DNA of 50,880 nt from the IMG/VR virus record IMGVR_UViG_3300044878_000188, positions 1-50,880 of that record. One strand, 5' to 3'. The DNA comes from a virus (lineage: Duplodnaviria; Caudoviricetes). Under the pieces are notes generated by a model. That model was not told the DNA's origin and did not search any database. It was given only the letters and a program-made list of their open reading frames with translations. The position numbers were made by a program, and so were the translations under genes. Of this stretch, positions 16,868 to 23,626 are shown in pieces (within the stretch, counting starts at the first letter, position 1; each line of letters starts with the position of its first letter).

Positions 16868-18501
16868 GCCTCCTCCTTGCTGTCACCTTCGGCGCTGGCA
16901 ATCTCGACGCCATTTAGCTTGGCGACAGCAACAAAACGACCGTCCGAGATCTCACGTACAGAGATCCTCGGCCGAGCATTCGCCACCTCTGCCGGCACTT
17001 CCGGCGCCACTGCCTCAAGCGGGCGGTTGGCGGTGGCCAGGGCCTCGCTGGCCAGCTCCAGATACTCTTTAATCAGTGGCCGATAACTTCCCACATTTAA
17101 CGAGATCGCTTTCTGCGAGATCTTCACGTCAGGCGAGGCTTTGACCGTCTCTTTCACCCAGCGGTGAATTTTCCCCATCGCTTCGCGCCCGGCAATTTTC
17201 TCGTGATCGTCCAGGGCGATCAGCGCCTCGAGGCGGCTGGCGTATTTGCTGGCCGGCGCCTCTGATGCCACTGCCGTATAGCTGATCTTGAACGCCTTGT
17301 AACTCTCCTGCGTGTCCATGTCCTCGTGCCCGAGCATTTCGCGCCAGAACACCGACTCGTTTACGGTTTTCCAGCGCTGATCTCGGCTGAAATACAGCTC
17401 GAACACTACCCGCGCCCACAGCGCCCGGCTGTCTTTGAACACGCGCGCTTCGCTGCCGAGCACTCGCTTTGCGACCGTGTTCAATGTCTTCGCCACCCGG
17501 CGATTTACTTCCGTGTTGTCCAGGTGCTGCAGCTCGAGCACCTCAGGCATGGCGCGCATTTTGGCGAACGCCTCGAGCACCAGGTCGGCTTTTATCAGGG
17601 TGTAGATCCGGTAGCTTTCGCCGTAGTCGACACCGCCACGGCGCTTGGCCTGGCCGCTGAATTCGAGCTCGAACTCGCCGACCTTCTCGAATCGGGCCAT
17701 TTTGAGAATCTCGATCTCGCGTCGGCCGGTCGCCAGTGACAGGCCGAGCGCCAGCGACGAAAAGTTCTGTTTTGGGGCGCCGTCGTGGCCGATTTCAGCC
17801 TCGGTCAGCAGCTTATGGATCGTCTCAATCAGCCAGTGGTAATTGACCTCGACAGTGTTCGTCGCGCGAACCTCGAGCGTTTCGACCGCATCGGCGGCCA
17901 GCTGCGCCGCTGTCGCTGCCGGCAACGTCAGGTGACGCATGATTTCGTGATCGAGTTTCATCGAGCGAAACGCCTCATACGCTGAGTCGTCGCGGTCTTG
18001 GCGAGCGCGCAGGAGAAGGTCGCGATGCGCCATCCGCAGCGCCGTAATGTCGACCAGGTCGGCCATGTCGAGCAGCTGCTCGGCGTAGCGCGGATGATGC
18101 TTGGCCAGGCTGTGCAGGGCCTGCTCGATCGAGTGGTGCCGCCAGTTCTGAGCCGTGACGGCCTTGCGGATGGTCGTCAGGTAGCGGCGATAGCTCGACG
18201 CCTTGAGCTTGTCGTCTTCCTTGCGGCGTTTGTCCTCGTACAGCTTTACCTTGAGGCTGTCAGCCAGGCGGCCGATCCGTTTCGTTTTCTCGCTGCGACT
18301 GAGGCTATCGTCGCCGTCAATTTTGACGACGTCAGCGATCAGCTTATCGATCAGCGGCTGCAGCTCGATTTTCTGACGCGTGGCGCCGCCATAGTTGCCG
18401 AAGCTGACGCGCTCCTGCTGATCGATGGCCGCGACCTCGTTCAACGCCTGAGCCGCGTCGAGCACCTTGTCTGCACCTTTAACGCCCTTCTTTGCTGCCA
18501 T
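16822..18501 (-). CDS. telN: Protelomerase (telomere resolvase)
   Basis: TGRR..E, FSGQAK.R, FKDSR and LGH...TQ.SY catalytic motifs; GAGGTG SD; adjacent to the telRL palindrome. Confidence 0.93.
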   Translation of the reverse strand: MAAKKGVKGADKVLDAAQALNEVAAIDQQERVSFGNYGGATRQKIELQPLIDKLIADVVKIDGDDSLSRSEKTKRIGRLADSLKVKLYEDKRRKEDDKLKASSYRRYLTTIRKAVTAQNWRHHSIEQALHSLAKHHPRYAEQLLDMADLVDITALRMAHRDLLLRARQDRDDSAYEAFRSMKLDHEIMRHLTLPAATAAQLAADAVETLEVRATNTVEVNYHWLIETIHKLLTEAEIGHDGAPKQNFSSLALGLSLATGRREIEILKMARFEKVGEFELEFSGQAKRRGGVDYGESYRIYTLIKADLVLEAFAKMRAMPEVLELQHLDNTEVNRRVAKTLNTVAKRVLGSEARVFKDSRALWARVVFELYFSRDQRWKTVNESVFWREMLGHEDMDTQESYKAFKISYTAVASEAPASKYASRLEALIALDDHEKIAGREAMGKIHRWVKETVKASPDVKISQKAISLNVGSYRPLIKEYLELASEALATANRPLEAVAPEVPAEVANARPRISVREISDGRFVAVAKLNGVEIASAEGDSKEEAQRALFAAASGKTSA

Positions 18502-18521
18502 GATTTCCACCTCGCAAAAGT

Positions 18522-18680
18522 CATACACCCTTAACCGCTGCAGCAACTATAGACCCGAGCAACATACACCGCAAGCCCTGAAACCAAACTATCGCCACCC
18601 GCCAACATATACACCCAAACCCAGCCACAACATACACCCGCAAACCAATCCCCAATAACATACACCCAAAGCCCAATCCC
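18522..18680 (+). repeat. AACATACACCC-like direct repeats left of the telomere
   Basis: Copies near 18522, 18561, 18604, 18629 and 18657; inverted copies at about 18798-18860. Confidence 0.7.
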
Positions 18681-18708
18681 TAACATTATTTTGATAGGGG
18701 ATCGGTTC

Positions 18709-18772
18709 ATGGGTGTATACACCTATTCCCCATTCTATACGTATAGAATGGGGAATCGGTGTATACACCCAT
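18709..18772. repeat. telRL protelomerase target palindrome
   Basis: 64-bp inverted repeat centred on 18740/18741 (CTATAC|GTATAG) with one mismatch (18724/18757); upstream of telN. Confidence 0.92.
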
Positions 18773-18932
18773 AACCCTGATTTAATGTAGGGGCGTTGGT
18801 GTATGTTGGTATTGGTTTATGGATGTATTGGGGAATGGGTTGTGGGTGTATTGCATACACTCATTGCCCTATGTCAATAAGGTATAAATAAGAATGTCTG
18901 ACGAGTGACGCCTTAGCGTGAAAAGCAAGCTA

Positions 18933-19121
18933 GTCAGGACGACATGTCAGCAAGAGGCAGAAAGGAAGGCATGCACCATAAGGACGGTAAGCAGTCCTTA
19001 CCTCTCAGCCAGGACGGGAAAGCCACGCAACACAAGGGCTACAGGCGCAGCGAGAAAGGACGGGCAAAAGCGCAGAGACAGAGTCTCTGTAAAGGATGGC
19101 GCTTCGCGCCCGTTTGTTTTG
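18933..19121 (+). ncRNA. Candidate Csr/Rsm-type GGA-repeat sRNA
   Basis: Six AGGA(C/A/T)G motifs, several in short stem-loops; ends in a GGCGC-TTC-GCGCC hairpin and a T-rich run. Confidence 0.45.
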
Positions 19122-19169
19122 TACCTTTGCCCTTATGGCCTATTGTACAAAGGTACATTTGTACGTATA
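19114..19169. repeat. 8-bp-period array upstream of parA (candidate parS/operator)
   Basis: ttgttttg tacctttg cccttatg gcctattg tacaaagg tacatttg tacgtata. Confidence 0.7.
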
Positions 19170-19201
19170 TTTAGGCCTCACCCAATCGCGAGGCCTTCAA
19201 A

Positions 19202-19849
19202 ATGGCTGCAAGAATCTGGACCATACAGAACCAAAAAGGCGGCACAACAAAGACGACGACCGCGACGAACGTCGCCTGCTGCCTGGCCGACAAGCACGGT
19301 AAAAGCGTGCTTCTGGTCGACCTCGACGGCCGCCAAGGCTCGGCGACTGACTGGGCAACCTCCCGTGCTGACGACGCGACATTGATCCCCTGCGTCATCA
19401 TGCGGGAAACGCTAAAGCGCGACTTGCCGCGAATCTCGAGCGGTTACGACTACGTGATCATTGACGGGATACCGCAGATCAGCACCCTGACGTCGGACGC
19501 GGTCAAGGCCTCGCACCTGGTCATCATTCCGGTACAGCCGAGCCAGTACGATATATGGGCAACCGCCGACATGGTTACGCTGGTAAAGGACCGTCAGGAG
19601 GTCACAGGCGGCACACCTAAGGCCGTGCTAATGATCGCCAGAGCCATCGCCGGGACCATTCTCGAGCGCGACGCACAGCAGGCCCTGCTCAACTACGAGC
19701 TACCGCTCACCGAAACCCAAACGCACCAGCGCGTCGCTTATGGGAAAGGCATTGCACAAGGGAACAGCGTAATGGACCTGGCACCGGGCGATGATGCGCG
19801 ACTCGAGATCGAGGCCCTGACGGCAGAACTCCTGGAGTTTGATAAATGA
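19202..19849 (+). CDS. parA: ParA/ParF-type partition ATPase (short, type Ib)
   Basis: Deviant Walker A NQKGGTTKTT, LLVDLD, YVIID and PVQPS motifs. Confidence 0.92.
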   Translation: MAARIWTIQNQKGGTTKTTTATNVACCLADKHGKSVLLVDLDGRQGSATDWATSRADDATLIPCVIMRETLKRDLPRISSGYDYVIIDGIPQISTLTSDAVKASHLVIIPVQPSQYDIWATADMVTLVKDRQEVTGGTPKAVLMIARAIAGTILERDAQQALLNYELPLTETQTHQRVAYGKGIAQGNSVMDLAPGDDARLEIEALTAELLEFDK

Positions 19850-20157
19850 CCAGCACAAAGCTCAGCACCGAGCGCCCAAGCCGCGCCGCAGCAGCTCAAA
19901 TCGAACCGCACGTCGAGAAGGCGCGCCGGGCAGTAGTGACCGATTCGGCCGAGGAGAAGCAGCTCAAGGCGATTGTGCCGGTCAAGTACCACAGGGGCAC
20001 CAACGACATCAAAAGCATGTCGGCCGACAACGTCCCGGTTAAATATCTGATCATTGAAGCGCTCGACGATCTGTTCAAAAAGTACGAGCAAGGAAAGGGG
20101 CATTACAACGTCGAAGATCAGGCAGAGCTTAAGCGCCGCCTGGAATCATTGAAGTGA
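19846..20157 (+). CDS. Small partition partner (ParG/RHH-like centromere-binding protein)
   Basis: Coupled to parA; flexible N-terminus, then a beta-helix-helix pattern ending IIEALDDLFKKY. Confidence 0.65.
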   Translation: MTSTKLSTERPSRAAAAQIEPHVEKARRAVVTDSAEEKQLKAIVPVKYHRGTNDIKSMSADNVPVKYLIIEALDDLFKKYEQGKGHYNVEDQAELKRRLESLK

Positions 20158-20222
20158 AAAAAGGACGCCTGGTAGCGGTTGCACCCGCCACCAGGCAAGA
20201 CAGATAACCTAGGGGGTTAACC

Positions 20223-20378
20223 ATGTCCAAAATCGACTATACCACAGCGCGGAGCCTCTCCCTGCGCGAAGCTGCAGACCCAGCCAACCGCGCCAAGGTG
20301 CGCGCCTACCTCGAGCAAGAATGCTGCCTGATCGCCTGGCACGGGTTCCTGCGCATGATCGGGGAGGCGGCCAAATGA
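20223..20378 (+). CDS. 51-aa hypothetical protein (not in the ORF track)
   Basis: AGGGGG SD; MSKIDYTTARSLSLREAADP...GEAAK; stop overlaps the next ATG. Confidence 0.6.
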   Translation: MSKIDYTTARSLSLREAADPANRAKVRAYLEQECCLIAWHGFLRMIGEAAK

Positions 20379-20527
20379 AACGCAGCGACGACCCTACCGG
20401 GCTGCAACTCCTCTTTTCTGGCGCAGTGGCGATCGCCATCGCACTGCACGTCATAGGCATGTTTATTTACCGTGTTTACACCCAGCGCACGGACGCCAAA
20501 ACCATCGACCAGGACGAGCAAGCATGA
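20375..20527 (+). CDS. 50-aa single-TM protein
   Basis: GGAGG SD, ATGA overlaps at both ends, one hydrophobic helix. Confidence 0.6.
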   Translation: MKRSDDPTGLQLLFSGAVAIAIALHVIGMFIYRVYTQRTDAKTIDQDEQA

Positions 20528-20880
20528 CGACCCTTAAAATCGGCGGGCTCCTGCTCGCCCTCGCGATTGCTGGCGCTTTCCAGCCTGCAGCCGCCCGTAA
20601 CTGCGACGTCGACGACGACGGACGAACTGACGCAACATGCGGCGGGCCAGACCGGGATCTAGACAACGACGGACGCACCGACGCGACATTCGGCGGCCCC
20701 GATCGCGATCTCGACAACGACGGACGCACCGACGCGCAATTCCGAGGCAGCGATCGAGATCTCGACGGCGACGGGCGCACCGACGCAACATTCGGCGGCC
20801 CCGATCGGGATCTCGATAACGACGGCCGCACCGACGCAGAGTTCGACGGCCCCGATCGCGACGTCAAAAAGAGGTGGTAG
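20524..20880 (+). CDS. Secreted acidic repeat protein (5 x 17 aa, DxDxDG motif)
   Basis: Sec signal peptide ending AAA; repeats of DLDNDGRTDATFGGPDR. Confidence 0.8.
   Translation: MTTLKIGGLLLALAIAGAFQPAAARNCDVDDDGRTDATCGGPDRDLDNDGRTDATFGGPDRDLDNDGRTDAQFRGSDRDLDGDGRTDATFGGPDRDLDNDGRTDAEFDGPDRDVKKRW
20605..20859 (+). repeat. 51-bp coding tandem repeat, 5 copies
   Basis: In-frame repeats with synonymous variation. Confidence 0.85.
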
Positions 20881-20882
20881 CA

Positions 20883-21116
20883 ATGAGCAACTGGCAGCTT
20901 TTCCGACGCTCACTGGCCAACCATCCCGGCCTAACGCTTGGCTACGGCTGGCCGCTACTGGTCGCTGCCGCAATGCTCATGCGACACGACGGCCCGCCGC
21001 CCCTGATCTTCTGGCTAGCCATTTACCCTGTCGTCTGCACGCTCCCATGGGCGCCCATCCTTTGGACTGCCTGGACATTACGCACTCAATACGCCGAAAA
21101 GGATAACGACCAATGA
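20883..21116 (+). CDS. Small two-TM membrane protein
   Basis: GAGGT SD, two hydrophobic segments, coupled to the next gene. Confidence 0.65.
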   Translation: MSNWQLFRRSLANHPGLTLGYGWPLLVAAAMLMRHDGPPPLIFWLAIYPVVCTLPWAPILWTAWTLRTQYAEKDNDQ

Positions 21117-21517
21117 CCGATATCAAGCGCTACACCGTTAATCACGAATGGCACGACCACACCATCACCCTTGAAGTCGACCACTCGCGCCTGACCGCCG
21201 AGAACGCCGCGCTTTACTTGACTTTCTGGACCGGCGGCGACGAGTTCGCCGAAGACGAGGGCGGCGACCCAGTGCGCGGCCTGGTGCGGTACTTCGGAGC
21301 CGTTGCCATACGCCAAATACTGGCCGAATACGGCTCAGCCTTCGGCGAAAACAACGCAGAAGCAGCACGCATTTGGTCCGCACAGATCCGCAATACGGAA
21401 GGTTTCGGCGGCGAGGATGGATCGCCGTTTGGCAGCATCGGTATCAGGATATTGGCCGCCGACATTGAAGCGCCAGGCTTCGACGACGTCGTACTTAAAG
21501 AATTGTCGGCCGCATAG
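21113..21517 (+). CDS. Conserved phage protein (DUF2528-like)
   Basis: KRYTV..W...I.LEVDH, FW.G, EG and GIRI pattern recalled from the family. Confidence 0.65.
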   Translation: MTDIKRYTVNHEWHDHTITLEVDHSRLTAENAALYLTFWTGGDEFAEDEGGDPVRGLVRYFGAVAIRQILAEYGSAFGENNAEAARIWSAQIRNTEGFGGEDGSPFGSIGIRILAADIEAPGFDDVVLKELSAA

Positions 21518-21540
21518 GCGCCCGATGTAGCCAGCCCCAC

Positions 21541-21566
21541 AAGCCCGCCCACTCGGCGGGCTTTTT
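21541..21566 (+). terminator. Intrinsic terminator of the accessory operon
   Basis: AAGCCCGCC-loop-GGCGGGC followed by T5. Confidence 0.8.
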
Positions 21567-21606
21567 GTTACCCTGCGCGCATCAACCAAATGGAGATCCG
21601 CGCAGC

Positions 21607-21963
21607 ATGAAAGCAAAGCCCATCATTATTGGCGTCGGCGCCGTCGCCCTGGTGGCGATCCTGGTTAACGACCTGGTCAAAAAGAACGACCACGCGCTCG
21701 AGCGCGTCAGCGCGCGGGCTGGTCTAGCGGTCAACTGCAAGATCCTCAAACAGGACGGCAGCAGCTGGGGCGTCTGCAAGTACAAAAACGGCGCGCCGGC
21801 CAGCGTCTGGCTCGAGCGCCAAGGGACATGGGTCGCCGCCAATGGAAACGCGATCGACGTCGTCGACAAGCTGGCCAACGTCCAGAACCTGCAGAACCTG
21901 CCGCCCGTCATTCGCGACTATCAGTCGCCGCCGACCATGCCCGGCGCCCTGCTCGATCAGTAA
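21607..21963 (+). CDS. Membrane-anchored periplasmic protein (moron-like)
   Basis: GGAG SD, N-terminal TM helix, two Cys; isolated between two terminators. Confidence 0.7.
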   Translation: MKAKPIIIGVGAVALVAILVNDLVKKNDHALERVSARAGLAVNCKILKQDGSSWGVCKYKNGAPASVWLERQGTWVAANGNAIDVVDKLANVQNLQNLPPVIRDYQSPPTMPGALLDQ

Positions 21964-21976
21964 CGCCAGAAACGAG

Positions 21977-22014
21977 AAAAGCCCCCACCGCCGTTAGGCA
22001 GTGGGGGCTTTTTT
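21977..22014. terminator. Bidirectional terminator
   Basis: AAAA-GCCCCCAC...GTGGGGGC-TTTTTT between convergent genes. Confidence 0.85.
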
Positions 22015-23023
22015 ATGCTGCAGGTATTGTTGCAGTCAGCGAGCAGCGGTAACTCTGCTGTCGACTGCCGTTTGCCGTCACCTGGTCAATTGACCACTGA
22101 CCGCGCATGAATGACGGCCAGGTGTCGTCGAGCTCGATCAGCCCCTCGGCCGCGAGATCTGGATTACCGGGGCAATCGATCTGTATTTTCATTTCCTCGC
22201 GCTTGATTTTCCGCAACGCCCCCTCGCCCGCCGCCTTCGCGTCGGCCTCGTTCTGGTAACGCTGCGTCACCTTCTTGAACGGCTTCGAGCCCGTCTCTAC
22301 CACGCACTCTTTGCCGGTCGCGCCGTCCCACCAAACCGTTTTGCAACCCTGAAACTTGACGCGACTTTCTTCATCAAGCGTGGCGTTGATAAACGACCGG
22401 TCGTTCGGCGAATTCCCTTTCGTGACCGACAAGGTCACGACCGGCAACGCCTTGCCCGACAGCGATTTGACCTGGCCTTTCAGGGCCATGACGTAGAGCT
22501 CGTTAACCGGCTTCGTGACGGCGTCGTACTTGCGCGAGATCCGCGTCAGAAACCCCATGTCAGTTTCATTCGACTGGTCGACATGGTCGATAACCTCTGC
22601 GTCCAGCTTGGGCGATATCCGAGGCGAAAACCCGTGGCGCGTGGTCAGCTCCCGAAAAATCGCGCCGAGCGTAGTCGGCCCGAAACTGGCCGACTTTCGC
22701 TCTTTGAATGCCGTCTCGTCGGCTACCTTGAAAGGAACTGCAGTGGCGACGATTTTCAGCAGTGGCGGGAACAACTGAGGCCGGCACCGCGTGATATTGA
22801 ACTCGCCTTTATCAACGAGCCCCGTCTCGAGGTAGCCGACCTTTAGCCCGATTTTTCCGTCAAAGCTGGGCAAACCCTCGAGGTCATCGACCCGAACCGT
22901 CAGGTTCAACGTGTCCGACTTCACACCCGAGGCGTCGACGTGCTCCCAATCGACCAAGCGAGCGTTAATCAGCGCCGCATTCGCGCCCGTGATCTCGACT
23001 GCCGGCGTAAATCCAAGCGCCAT
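22013..23023 (-). CDS. Baseplate hub, P2 gpD-like
   Basis: DQSNETDMGFLTRI motif; last late gene. Confidence 0.85.
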   Translation of the reverse strand: MALGFTPAVEITGANAALINARLVDWEHVDASGVKSDTLNLTVRVDDLEGLPSFDGKIGLKVGYLETGLVDKGEFNITRCRPQLFPPLLKIVATAVPFKVADETAFKERKSASFGPTTLGAIFRELTTRHGFSPRISPKLDAEVIDHVDQSNETDMGFLTRISRKYDAVTKPVNELYVMALKGQVKSLSGKALPVVTLSVTKGNSPNDRSFINATLDEESRVKFQGCKTVWWDGATGKECVVETGSKPFKKVTQRYQNEADAKAAGEGALRKIKREEMKIQIDCPGNPDLAAEGLIELDDTWPSFMRGQWSIDQVTANGSRQQSYRCSLTATIPAA

Positions 23024-23034
23024 AACCTATCCCC

Positions 23035-23247
23035 TCAGTCCCACGCCGAAATCGGCTTCTCTGCAGCCGCCTTCGCGGCCAACTCGGGCAAAAACACCCA
23101 CATATCACCAGGCAAGGCCGGGCCATGCTCAGCCAGCCCCGGATTTACCAGCCATAACGCCTCCTCGGCCGCGTCGTCAGACCGGCCGAGCTCGCGATAA
23201 AGCAACAGGTTCGCCGTGTCGCCCGCAACCGTTCGCACTCTGCGCAT
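23035..23247 (-). CDS. Tail protein X (LysM-like)
   Basis: GDT..LL.YR.LG...NPGLA..GP.LP; C-terminal WD. Confidence 0.85.
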   Translation of the reverse strand: MRRVRTVAGDTANLLLYRELGRSDDAAEEALWLVNPGLAEHGPALPGDMWVFLPELAAKAAAEKPISAWD

Positions 23248-23624
23248 TAGAAGAACTCCGAAAGATCGAGCGACCACTCCAGGAGCGTCGTCGTACCGTC
23301 ATCGAGCACGCGTTTTTGCCCCTCGTTGACGCCGTCAATCCGCCAGCGGCCCCACACGCGGCCGACACCGTCGACCAGGACATAAGGCACGCGGGCGTCG
23401 GCCATGGCGCGCAGCTCGTCGAGCTTGGCCATGCCGGCCGCAAACTGAGCCTTACCGTTGAGCCTGAGCTCCTCGAGCCCCTGGCCCGTCTGGTGCGACC
23501 GAGGCTTACTGCTGACTATGTCCAGGCTGACCCAGCCGCCCGACGTCTTGCGATCGAGCGTTTCATAAGGGAAGCCACTCGAGAGCCCGAAAACGAACTC
23601 CCCGAGCGCCATTTGCTGCGCCAT
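23247..23624 (-). CDS. Tail protein, P2 gpU-like
   Basis: MALGEFVF and LVDGVGRVWGRW motifs. Confidence 0.85.
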   Translation of the reverse strand: MAQQMALGEFVFGLSSGFPYETLDRKTSGGWVSLDIVSSKPRSHQTGQGLEELRLNGKAQFAAGMAKLDELRAMADARVPYVLVDGVGRVWGRWRIDGVNEGQKRVLDDGTTTLLEWSLDLSEFF

Positions 23625-23626
23625 CG

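Noticed and set aside
16822-18501. Tyrosine recombinase as an integrase
   Set aside because: The motifs and the adjacent long palindrome fit a protelomerase; no attL/attR or host flanks
18918-19385. ORFs between the telomere and parA
   Set aside because: No recognisable domains or good SD, and they overlap parA or the octamer array; treated as non-coding, although a small peptide is not excluded
20605-20859. Regular repeats suggesting a CRISPR array
   Set aside because: Contiguous in-frame 51-bp coding repeats without unique spacers; no cas genes
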